Assembly (NCBI GenBank): GCA_963695855.1
Contig: CAVOHZ010000010.1
Span: 1,088,001 to 1,152,000 of the forward strand
Direction: 5' to 3'
DNA length: 64,000 nt
Source of the DNA: an uncultured Nitrososphaerales archaeon
GTDB taxonomy: Archaea; Thermoproteota; Nitrososphaeria; Nitrososphaerales; Nitrososphaeraceae
Within the stretch, counting starts at the first letter, position 1. Each line of letters opens with the position of its first letter. The notes below the pieces were generated by a model. The model was not told where the DNA came from and made no database searches. It was given only the letters and a program-made list of their open reading frames with translations. Below, one piece after another: positions 41,313 to 50,252 of this stretch. Made by a program: the position numbers and the translations under genes.

Positions 41313-41948
41313 TTAAGACACTATCTTTATCGAACTTATTATCCTGTCTATTATTGGTAATTCTTTATCAAAATTTTGTGTTGTGGATTGATATATTAAT
41401 GTAAACAATTTTTTATCTATGATCGAAAATATTTCAAGAAGTTTACCACCGAGGTTATTTTCTCTAAATACATACTTTACGATATGACTGGCTGAAGGAT
41501 TACCATCTATTTTATATTTGGTTAAATTTTTTTCTAAAACTTCATAAACACTATAATAAGAGTTACTCCCAAATTTTCCAAAATCTTCTGACTGTTCAAG
41601 AACAAGTTCATTTGATAATTTATCTGAATCTTCGAAGGTATCAAAGGAAATTCCTATAAAGGAAGTACGATTGCCATCGATTACTGTAAGCAAGTTGAGA
41701 TCTAATATGTGGAATTTTGATATTTTCTCTTCAACCTTCCAGTTTTCTGGATACAGGAGAGAGAATTTTGCACTACTATAAGAGATCCATTTGGTGGAAT
41801 TGTCTTTAAACTGGGAATTTGAATCTTCACCGTAAATTAATTTTACCTTATTATATGCGTCTGTAAAAAAAATTGCAGACAGTGAAATCAAAAGAGCAGA
41901 GACTAAAAAGAGAAAAAAACGAAAGCCGAAAATATTAAACATCAACAA
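41313..41948 (-). CDS. PsbP/Mog1-like exported protein
   Basis: Signal peptide; FSLLYPENW; C-terminal FDKELPIIDRIISSIKI. Confidence 0.75.
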   Translation of the reverse strand: MLMFNIFGFRFFLFLVSALLISLSAIFFTDAYNKVKLIYGEDSNSQFKDNSTKWISYSSAKFSLLYPENWKVEEKISKFHILDLNLLTVIDGNRTSFIGISFDTFEDSDKLSNELVLEQSEDFGKFGSNSYYSVYEVLEKNLTKYKIDGNPSASHIVKYVFRENNLGGKLLEIFSIIDKKLFTLIYQSTTQNFDKELPIIDRIISSIKIVS

Positions 41949-42084
41949 TAAAACTAAAATAAAGCATAATTAATAAATTCTTTCTCACTCGATGTTTGAA
42001 TTTAGTGAAAACAGTTAAGATATCTTAAATTACATTAATTTGGATATTTGGTCAGAAGATTTAATATTGCAAAAAATAAGATTT

Positions 42085-43029
42085 TCAGCTGATATAACCC
42101 ATATTGGATCTTCTATTTTGTGATAAAAATTGTCTTTCGTCATCTTGACGTTCTTCACCCACCAAACTCTGGGCACCTTGATTAGATTTCGCCAACATTT
42201 GTTGTTCAAGATTTTTGATTAATATTTCGGTATCTTTAGCCCTTTTTGTAATTTCATCCATGTTTACATGAATATTCAATATACGCGTTATCGTTTCAAG
42301 AATTTTTTTAGCTGCAATAGCATCTATTACATAACCAGAAGTTTCACCCAACAGACAGAGGCCATCAATTCCACGCAATTTTCCCAATCCTATTATGATC
42401 CCATTCATCCCTGTTATATTGCCATTATCTAAGGAAGAAACATTATGATTCCTAAATAACCCTACTAATTTAGTAGCCGTTGCAGTGCCATATATTTTCG
42501 GAGCGTTTGTAAAAGTACCAGTCACGTATGCAGCTAGAGAATAAATATTAGAAATATCAAATTTTGTCATATCATCTAATATCTGTTCGGTCAAAACATA
42601 TTCTGAACCAGGAACTATTGGTTGAGAATCTCCAGTAAGAAGAAGCAAGTCTGATGACGCAGGTTCCAGAATATCGATAGACTTCGATATATCACTACTT
42701 GAAATGTCTTGACCATCATCTTGCAATGGTTGTGTCTTGATTGTGGTGTTTTTACTTTTTTTATTCTCTCTTTTTACATAATAAACACTATTCTTAACTA
42801 TCTCTGTGGTCCCGTCTTGTTTTATTATGATTTGCGGAGAGAAAAAAGTAGAATAGATATCAGCTAAATGTACAGCATCAAGTTCTTTAATTAAATAATC
42901 TATGGCTACCTTGCCTACAAACCCCGTACCCGGTAAACCGCAAATGAGAGAAGGAGATCGTAAAGATGGCAATTTTTTTTTGGAATAAACTACATCGATG
43001 GGTTTTGAGTAGGAAATCATTTCTAACAA
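42085..43029 (-). CDS. Proteasome assembly chaperone (PAC2 family)
   Basis: GLPGTGFVGK, GDSQP, ITGMNG, LLGETSG, C-terminal HbYX motif (GYIS). Confidence 0.92.
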   Translation of the reverse strand: MLEMISYSKPIDVVYSKKKLPSLRSPSLICGLPGTGFVGKVAIDYLIKELDAVHLADIYSTFFSPQIIIKQDGTTEIVKNSVYYVKRENKKSKNTTIKTQPLQDDGQDISSSDISKSIDILEPASSDLLLLTGDSQPIVPGSEYVLTEQILDDMTKFDISNIYSLAAYVTGTFTNAPKIYGTATATKLVGLFRNHNVSSLDNGNITGMNGIIIGLGKLRGIDGLCLLGETSGYVIDAIAAKKILETITRILNIHVNMDEITKRAKDTEILIKNLEQQMLAKSNQGAQSLVGEERQDDERQFLSQNRRSNMGYIS

Positions 43030-43148
43030 AATGATATGATATTCTCTCTTTCTTTAAATGTTCCGAGTTGTTTAATCTCGTTTGAACACCAAGAGATCGG
43101 GTTTTAAGATAGAGGAAAGTTTATTGAATCAAAGGTTTTTTCTATTTA

Positions 43149-44027
43149 ATGTTGGAATTCCCTTCAAGAGTAACAATAACAGAGGAGATGATAAACAAAA
43201 ATTCCATTGCAAGAAATATCTCATCTAGGAAAGGAGATAATGGGATTGTGTTGGTAATAGGTGGAAGTAGAATTTATCATGGTGCACCCATACTGGCATC
43301 AATAGCCGCTTTGAGAGCAGGAACTGATCTAGTATATACGGCGGTTCCTAAAAGTAACGTAAATGTAACAAGAACAGCCTCACCAAATTTAATAGTAATA
43401 CCTTTATCGGATGAAAGATTGACTGTTGGTGCAGTATCAAGACTAATCAAAACTATGCCAAAAGAGGTTGATTCTGCTGCAATTGGAATGGGATTGAATA
43501 TTGCCAAGAAAGAGGCGATAACGATGCTGCTAAAAAAATTACTTGAAGATGGAACAAAATTGGTTTTAGATGCATCTGCATTAATTCCAGAAATATTACC
43601 CATAATTACAAATACCAAAAGTATTATTACGCCACATGGAGGAGAATACATTCGAATTTTTGAGACAGAATTAAAATATAAATTGGAAGATCAGATTAAG
43701 GATGTTGAAAGTTTTTCTAGAGAATACGGAATTACTATAATTCTAAAGGGACAGAACAATATAATCTCTGATGGAGACCAAACTGCAGTCGTTCAGAGGA
43801 CTACATCAGCAATGACAGTAGGAGGAACTGGGGATATTTTGGCCGGATTGGTCGGTGGATTCTTTACCAAAATGAATGCGTTCAATGCTGGATGTTGTGG
43901 GATATATTTTAATGGAAAAGCAGCAGAGATTGCATATGATAAAGTTGGATTCCACATGATGGCTACTGATTTACTAGATATTTTACCACAGGTCATGAAA
44001 AAATTTGATTCAATGTCAGCAAATTGA
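43149..44027 (+). CDS. nnrD: ADP/ATP-dependent NAD(P)H-hydrate dehydratase
   Basis: KGDNG.VLVIGGS..YHGA, VLDA, ITPHGGE, LKG, GGTGD.LAG. Confidence 0.94.
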   Translation: MLEFPSRVTITEEMINKNSIARNISSRKGDNGIVLVIGGSRIYHGAPILASIAALRAGTDLVYTAVPKSNVNVTRTASPNLIVIPLSDERLTVGAVSRLIKTMPKEVDSAAIGMGLNIAKKEAITMLLKKLLEDGTKLVLDASALIPEILPIITNTKSIITPHGGEYIRIFETELKYKLEDQIKDVESFSREYGITIILKGQNNIISDGDQTAVVQRTTSAMTVGGTGDILAGLVGGFFTKMNAFNAGCCGIYFNGKAAEIAYDKVGFHMMATDLLDILPQVMKKFDSMSAN

Positions 44028-44053
44028 CTTTAAAATAGATTCCTAACTATCAA

Positions 44054-44566
44054 TTAAGATGTAATTTTAATTCGAAATGAATGTATTTTATCAAAATCAA
44101 CTACATCAGAAATCCTAGGAACAGTCTCCACCTTGTAATCCAAGTTTTCAAAATAAGAGCATATTAAAAACGACCACATTACAAGGGACTTGTTTTTATA
44201 TTTTGAATATATTGTAATAATACCGCTATTTTTATCAAATTTTATACTGCCTGAACTATATACACTTAATGCTAAATCCATTATTTTAAAAAAGTCATCT
44301 TGATTGAGATCGAGATCTATTCCAGTTTTTCCCATCAACTCTAATATAAATAAAGATGAACCAATTTTTGATCCTTTATTTCCATATTCAAAAAATTTCT
44401 GCAACTCATTACCTTTGGTATTGTCTTGAAAGTCGAGATCCTGTTTAGAATTATCTATGGACAAATTTTGTGAGTGAGAATCATACGTCATCTCTTCAAT
44501 AAATTTAGTTAACCGGATAGCATTTAATTGAACCACAGGGTCAATCTCAAAGATTGTGTACTTCAA
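44054..44566 (-). CDS. Hypothetical ORF, probably the frameshifted C-terminal part of the TrmB regulator
   Basis: TTG start overlaps the TrmB end; removing one base near 44549 fuses the two ORFs. Confidence 0.55.
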   Translation of the reverse strand: MKYTIFEIDPVVQLNAIRLTKFIEEMTYDSHSQNLSIDNSKQDLDFQDNTKGNELQKFFEYGNKGSKIGSSLFILELMGKTGIDLDLNQDDFFKIMDLALSVYSSGSIKFDKNSGIITIYSKYKNKSLVMWSFLICSYFENLDYKVETVPRISDVVDFDKIHSFRIKITS

Positions 44567-45464
44567 CAGCTTTGTTCCATTCTTCTTCGAATGTTTTCAT
44601 ATATGAAAATCCTAGAACATCTATTGATGTAAATAGAGCTGCTTTTCCATTTCCCCCATCTATATTAATAATATTATTAGAGTCAATAATCACGATATTT
44701 GAAAAAATATTTCCTACTTTTACCATTACTTCATTTGGCAGTGAAATAAGATTATCATGTCCAAGACATTGATTAGAGATTAAAAACTGAATTTTGATTC
44801 CTTTATTGATTGCCCTGATTAACGACTGCCTACATTTAGATATCAATCTTAAACCCCAAATGTCAAGAATAGCTGTTATGGATGTTCTCGAATTTTCTAT
44901 CAAAGCAGTTAATCTTTCAAATGTAGATTTTGGGTCCAGAATGAAATATCTTTTCTCCTCCAAACCCTTAAGATAATTACTTTTCTCATTCAATTGTTGC
45001 AATTTATCTATAACTTTTCTCATATTTTTTAAACGTTGCTCATGGAGAGTAAGAATTTCCTCAAAAGCCTCTTTGGGGTTAATTGCACTACATATCAATG
45101 GTTTTTGCTGAGAAATGACTGATAGTCCTTTTTTCTCTAATTTCTTTAGTGTTAGATAAATTTTCGTTCTCGGTAAACGAGAATAGTATGCAATTTCACT
45201 GGCTGAAAGAGATCCCTTACCAATAAGCGTAACATAGGCTTTAGCTTCATAATAAGAGAGACCAAATTCTTCTAGATTTCCAACATCGTTATTATCTTTG
45301 TTATAAGTTATCGGATTTCTGAAATCTGTCATCTCATTCATGTATTTTTTTGGTTTGTATTTTCTACCGCTGTTAGTTCTTTTTCCTGTAGTGATATCAT
45401 GAGGAGGAAATATATAGAAATCGTCTTCATGATTTGATCTCTGATTCATTATGATTATTTCCAT
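44547..45464 (-). CDS. TrmB-family transcriptional regulator
   Basis: LEEFGLSYYEAKAYVTL..ASEIA...PRTKIY..LKKLEKKGL followed by an effector domain. Confidence 0.9.
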   Translation of the reverse strand: MEIIIMNQRSNHEDDFYIFPPHDITTGKRTNSGRKYKPKKYMNEMTDFRNPITYNKDNNDVGNLEEFGLSYYEAKAYVTLIGKGSLSASEIAYYSRLPRTKIYLTLKKLEKKGLSVISQQKPLICSAINPKEAFEEILTLHEQRLKNMRKVIDKLQQLNEKSNYLKGLEEKRYFILDPKSTFERLTALIENSRTSITAILDIWGLRLISKCRQSLIRAINKGIKIQFLISNQCLGHDNLISLPNEVMVKVGNIFSNIVIIDSNNIINIDGGNGKAALFTSIDVLGFSYMKTFEEEWNKAVEVHNL

Positions 45465-45636
45465 AATTGATATTCAAAATAAAATCCCTTTGTCAATTAG
45501 ATTATGTCAAAGCTAAAAAAAATACTGAGCTAATTCGAATGTTGTAACCACTGACTGATGTTACCATGGTTAACCTCAAATTTTGAACATAGTACTATTA
45601 ATTATTGTTCTGTAATAGGATGAAGGTTTACGATAG

Positions 45637-46353
45637 ATGGAGAATGATCTCGAGTTGAATTCAACAAAAAATAGTTCTATAAATGCAAAATATGAAGCCT
45701 ATCAAGATTTTGTTAAGAAAAATAATTCAAATAGCACTCATGAAAGGGACCATGTTTCGACTCTAGTCAATGATCATAGATCCAATTTGATTGAACTTCA
45801 TTTAATAAAATATAATACACCTTTAAGACCAAAGATAAATCAAATTCAGTATCGAATACATGAGGAAATAATAAAGCTTCTAAAAATATTTGATGAGTTA
45901 AAAATTCAAGATGAAGAAATAATAAGGAAATTGATTGTCTCTATAAACGAAAATAATATTCAATATTCTTCTCTAATTTCCTCAGAACTGAACAAAATAA
46001 GAAAGACTGGTAAGGCAATAGTGGTCTCGAAAATAGTTCTTGATACACTGCAAGTCCAAATTCATAGTGTATCAAATTTCAAGGATTTGGTTGAAACATT
46101 AACACCTTCCATTACGGTAATAAAGAGTTTAAGGTCGATGTTATTTTCTCAAATCAGAGCTTCAGAGCTTGATCTTAGAAGCATCTCAGATCTGCTGATT
46201 GACGTATTGATAAATGCTGGACAGGTAGGTGGACATTTAATTAATTTTAAAATAGCAAACGATAAAGCATCAACTATATTACACGATGCATCATACGAAG
46301 CTGAAGATAAAATAAGAAAGGAATTCTTGCCTATTCCAGAGCTCAAAATATAG
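45637..46353 (+). CDS. Divergent ESCRT-III/CdvB-like protein
   Basis: PLRPKI, ELNKIRK, SKIVLD, DLVETLTPS, ILHDAS..AE..F.PIP parallel the 5971 CdvB. Confidence 0.7.
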   Translation: MENDLELNSTKNSSINAKYEAYQDFVKKNNSNSTHERDHVSTLVNDHRSNLIELHLIKYNTPLRPKINQIQYRIHEEIIKLLKIFDELKIQDEEIIRKLIVSINENNIQYSSLISSELNKIRKTGKAIVVSKIVLDTLQVQIHSVSNFKDLVETLTPSITVIKSLRSMLFSQIRASELDLRSISDLLIDVLINAGQVGGHLINFKIANDKASTILHDASYEAEDKIRKEFLPIPELKI

Positions 46354-46508
46354 AAAATCTAATTCAGGCTATATTTCATCTATTTTAGTTCTCTTTTTCT
46401 CTCTTGTACTTTAAATAAACTATTAAATAAACAAGAAAATAAATTTTATTTTATTTTATTTTATTTTATTTTTTGTATCCTATTTACTTGACATGTATTG
46501 AATATGAA

Positions 46509-47546
46509 TCAGATCTTTGCCTCATCGATGTAAAAAATTGATTCGTTGCGGTGCAATACAGAGCCAGTAATTAGGTTTAGGACCGAACTTGTTATGTTAG
46601 AAAGTACAGGATCTAACCCTTCAATATTTCCAGCTAATACAAGATGTAACTTTATTTTTGAACCGAGAACATCAGATAGTTCTTGATTAACTGTTGCAGT
46701 ATATGGTCTAAGCGCACCTCTAAAAACTTCTGATCTTGATCTAACAAGTCCAGATATTTTTTTCCCAGTCGGAGAATCTGGTCCCAGTATCACGATTATT
46801 CCCTCTGACTCTTTGAATTTAGAAGGTTCAAAGATTGCTCCTTCAGGTGCCATAGATCTAACTGCTTCTCTAGTGACAAGACCAGGAATATGAATAAAAG
46901 TATTAACTAGATCTTCCCATTCATTTCTTGATAATGACGTGAAATTTCTATTATAATCATAATCTCCAGTTATATGAATAACTGCATCTATTTTGTCGTA
47001 TTTTGTCTTTGCGGTATTAAATATCCCTTTTACCTTTTCTTCATCAGAAAGATCTATTGAATGACTGTGATAACTTTTGTAATGTTCTAGATCTGCTGGA
47101 TTGTTTGTCAATATGATGACCTGTTTTACCCCATTATTGTTCAATTCATTCGCAAGATTTGTTACTCTCTCTATGTCATGTTTTATTGAAGAGGTCGTTG
47201 TAATTACTACAACTTTATCCTTTAAGGATTGAAGAGAACCTTTATCTACTGAAGTTCCAATAATTGGTTTGACTGGATAAAATACTCTATCATTGGGAAT
47301 AACCCTTCCGTTAATCAATTTACTGATCTTGTCATCAGACAGAGTTAGAACCATATCTGCTACTTCTTCTTGACTGAGGAATTCGTTATCTACAATCATT
47401 TTACTAGTATTGCTTTGTATTTTTTCAGCAATCTCTTGGATCTTGACTATCATACCATTAACTGTCTTGTTTAATTCGTCATCATCTTCAGTATTGACAT
47501 TGGATTTCGATTTGTCTGTGGAAGTATTAGCTGAGATCGTTAACAC
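46509..47546 (-). CDS. C-terminal part of a two-domain SDR oxidoreductase (frameshifted)
   Basis: Second Rossmann-like region (KVVVIT, KIDAVIH, FRGALRP); overlaps the upstream SDR ORF in the +1 frame. Confidence 0.7.
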   Translation of the reverse strand: MLTISANTSTDKSKSNVNTEDDDELNKTVNGMIVKIQEIAEKIQSNTSKMIVDNEFLSQEEVADMVLTLSDDKISKLINGRVIPNDRVFYPVKPIIGTSVDKGSLQSLKDKVVVITTTSSIKHDIERVTNLANELNNNGVKQVIILTNNPADLEHYKSYHSHSIDLSDEEKVKGIFNTAKTKYDKIDAVIHITGDYDYNRNFTSLSRNEWEDLVNTFIHIPGLVTREAVRSMAPEGAIFEPSKFKESEGIIVILGPDSPTGKKISGLVRSRSEVFRGALRPYTATVNQELSDVLGSKIKLHLVLAGNIEGLDPVLSNITSSVLNLITGSVLHRNESIFYIDEAKI

Positions 47547-48366
47547 GCATAGATGAGATTTCTTGAGCTATATTTTTTATACCATTAGAAAAAACATCAG
47601 AGGATTCACCTAAAAGTTCCAAACCCTTGGTTGCAGAATGCTCTATCTCTGTTGAAGTCAGTCCAGGATAACCGCCTATACGTAGAAACTCTGCGGCAGC
47701 TTTTGGATAGACAGTTTTGTAAATTCTATCTGAATGCACTGGTCCTGGGTTTGTAGCTACAGATTTTATTCCTCTATCTACTAATTCCCAGGCGAGAGTT
47801 TCTGCTAGTCTATTTTTTGCTCCCTGTGAAGCTGTATATGGGGTCCTGAATCTATATGGCCTTTGTTCATATTTGTTCTCTTCTGTAAAGAAAGTTGCTA
47901 TTGTGATTATTTTGGAGCCTTTTTCCATTACTTTTAGACCCTGAACCGAAGTCCAAAAAGTTCCGGTTAAATGAATTGCAACAGTATCCTTAAAATCCTG
48001 AAATGAGGCATTAGTAAAAGTTTTTACTGGGCCTGAAACGCCAGCATTATTGACTATAATATCAACCTTACCAAACTCTTGTCTGATAGTTTCAAACATA
48101 TCGTTTATTCCATTTTCGTCAGAAACATCTACTCCTGAAAAGGCTCGTACTTTTCCAGTAGAACCAATATCTTTTATTATCTTGTTTAATATTTCACTAG
48201 TTTTATCCAATGGTTCCCTTCGTCTACCCATTATTACAATACTAGCACCGTTTTCTGCAAATTTCTTTGCTATTGCTTGACCAATACCTGTTCCGCTCCC
48301 CGTGATAACAACTAGTTGATTTGAAAATTTTAATTCTGACGATTCTTTTATGGATAACTCTTCCAT
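47527..48366 (-). CDS. SDR oxidoreductase, malonyl-CoA-reductase-like (N-terminal part)
   Basis: TGSGTGIG, GRR (NADP-type), NNAG, YRFRTPY (YxxRxxY), PGPVHSDRI. Confidence 0.8.
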   Translation of the reverse strand: MEELSIKESSELKFSNQLVVITGSGTGIGQAIAKKFAENGASIVIMGRRREPLDKTSEILNKIIKDIGSTGKVRAFSGVDVSDENGINDMFETIRQEFGKVDIIVNNAGVSGPVKTFTNASFQDFKDTVAIHLTGTFWTSVQGLKVMEKGSKIITIATFFTEENKYEQRPYRFRTPYTASQGAKNRLAETLAWELVDRGIKSVATNPGPVHSDRIYKTVYPKAAAEFLRIGGYPGLTSTEIEHSATKGLELLGESSDVFSNGIKNIAQEISSMRVNDLS

Positions 48367-48464
48367 ATAATTTTGGCAGACAATATTACACTTTTAATCT
48401 TTTTGATATTATAGGTAACTTTAAGAGTGGAATATTAACTATAAATTCCAAGGTAATATCAAAG

Positions 48465-49022
48465 ATGAGAATGTCTAGAATGTTTACTTTTTTTTTAATG
48501 TTTGGTATTTTTGGTTGTCTTGTACTATCTTCTTCCGGATTATTAATTAAAGATGCTTATTCACATGGTTTGTTTAATTCAGCAGGAGAAAGAATTGGAA
48601 AATATTATATGCAAATAGCAACCGATCCAGAGATTCCAACTACCGGTCAATATTCAAAAATTTTACTAAGAGTATCAAGTGATGAAGTTGAATTATCAGA
48701 CGTTCCTATTTCTATTACCATAACGAAAAACGGTCAAGAGTTGAATAAATTACCTCCGATAGTGATAACAAATGGTCATTATGAGTTTAATTACAAATTT
48801 CTAGAACCTGGGAATTATGTTTTCTACATAGATTTACAGGATCTGTATTTTTCTGGCAAGACTCTAACATATGCGTTCAATATAAGTACGCTTAATCCTT
48901 TTGGTTATATTTTCTACTCTTTGATAAGCTTTGCAAGTGTAACCCCCTTCACAATAATATCAGTAATCTATTTCAAAAATAGAAAAGACAGGAAGAGAAG
49001 GATTGCTGAAAATCAGAACTAA
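48465..49022 (+). CDS. Membrane-anchored exported protein with an Ig-like (YtkA-like) domain
   Basis: Signal peptide ending AYS-HG; GHYEFNYKFLEPGNY; C-terminal TM with basic tail; start moved from 48321 to ATG 48465. Confidence 0.7.
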   Translation: MRMSRMFTFFLMFGIFGCLVLSSSGLLIKDAYSHGLFNSAGERIGKYYMQIATDPEIPTTGQYSKILLRVSSDEVELSDVPISITITKNGQELNKLPPIVITNGHYEFNYKFLEPGNYVFYIDLQDLYFSGKTLTYAFNISTLNPFGYIFYSLISFASVTPFTIISVIYFKNRKDRKRRIAENQN

Positions 49023-49131
49023 GGGAAAAGAAAATAGAAAAATAAAAAATAAAAAAAATAATCAAATTTAATATTCTTTCGTCGATGAGCTGAATTAATT
49101 ATATTATTTGCATTTATTATTATTATTATTA

Positions 49132-49596
49132 TTATATTGTATGTTTCTCTATTTCAGAGACAGATGGTTTCTCTTTTCCTGTTATTTTCCAGGCATATAA
49201 CGTAACTAGGATAGTCATTGTATACAAAACGATTCCTATACCAAGATGCAGAGTTACAAGATGAGCATGAAGGCGTTCTATAATTACAATGGCTCCTAAT
49301 GTGATCTGGCTAACTACCGCGGAACCGGCTATTATGGAAGCAATTTTCATTCCTTTTGGAGTTTGTTTAGATTTCAAAGTAAAGATCATTGTAACAATAA
49401 CCATAATTCCAGTAATTGCTGCAATAGTTCGATGAAAATATTCTATGATGAAATCTTCATGTGGGACCAATCCAGCTGGACATAAAGGCCAGTCAGGACA
49501 TGATAGACCCACACCTGATGCGCTAACATAGCCACCTATAAAAATGAGTGTAAAAAGAATAGAAAGGGTAGAGAAAGATAGAATTTTTAGAAGCAT
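49132..49596 (-). CDS. ctaA: Heme A synthase, half-size 4-TM type (paralogue 2, in the cox operon)
   Basis: GLSCPDWPLC, EYFHR, QITLG, HLG; ATG at 49596 preferred. Confidence 0.9.
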   Translation of the reverse strand: MLLKILSFSTLSILFTLIFIGGYVSASGVGLSCPDWPLCPAGLVPHEDFIIEYFHRTIAAITGIMVIVTMIFTLKSKQTPKGMKIASIIAGSAVVSQITLGAIVIIERLHAHLVTLHLGIGIVLYTMTILVTLYAWKITGKEKPSVSEIEKHTI

Positions 49597-49655
49597 TGTT
49601 TCTGTCAAATGCTGATTATTTCTTTTCTCCAAATCAAATGATTGTTTGCTTTCTT

Positions 49656-50219
49656 CTATTGTACAGTTAAAGTTCCTAACATGTAGGGATGTACCGAACA
49701 ATAAAAGTCATATTTAGCAGGATCGATATCTGCAGTCTCTAGCACTTTGGATTCACCAGCGTTTATGATGCTCGTATCAAAGATTTTGCCCGATGTTGAA
49801 TCACTTGGACCAGCACCATTGGTCACAGTATGAGGCATTGCATCTACATTGTCTACGAGGATTGTCTGACCTTTCTTTACTTTTAGGTCTGATGGATCAA
49901 ATGCTGGATTTCCCTGAGTTGCAGCACCTTCCAAAATTGTAAGTGTAACGTCTGCGGTTGGTTTTTCTTTTGTAGCCGCCGGTTGCGATGTGGCAGAGGA
50001 GGAAGCAGGGGCAGCAGTTGGTTTTTCGAAAGTGGCTAGGGCTTGAAGGTTTACCTCTGGTTTTACCTTTGATGATGGAGGAGCAAGATCATTCATGTGG
50101 TCAAATTCGACTATTGCATAGATAGCTCCTGCGATCATGATACCTATAACAATGACTAACCCTTTGTATAGCCTTCTGGGAGTAGTTCTAAGGATGTGCT
50201 TATCATCGTCTCTACTCAT
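49656..50219 (-). CDS. Membrane-anchored blue (type 1) copper cupredoxin
   Basis: TM, Ala/Ser/Pro linker, MPHTVT and YCSVHPYM type-1 Cu ligands. Confidence 0.92.
   Translation of the reverse strand: MSRDDDKHILRTTPRRLYKGLVIVIGIMIAGAIYAIVEFDHMNDLAPPSSKVKPEVNLQALATFEKPTAAPASSSATSQPAATKEKPTADVTLTILEGAATQGNPAFDPSDLKVKKGQTILVDNVDAMPHTVTNGAGPSDSTSGKIFDTSIINAGESKVLETADIDPAKYDFYCSVHPYMLGTLTVQ
49680..49976. repeat. 297-bp exact direct repeat, copy 1 (cupredoxin domain)
   Basis: Identical base for base to 51888-52184 (offset 2208). Confidence 0.92.
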
Positions 50220-50252
50220 AAAATTCCTCTCCTATCTTGATCCGTAGTAGTT

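Noticed and set aside
45554-45564. ACTGATGTTAC shared with 59051-59061
   Set aside because: An 11-mer match is expected by chance in 64 kb of AT-rich DNA
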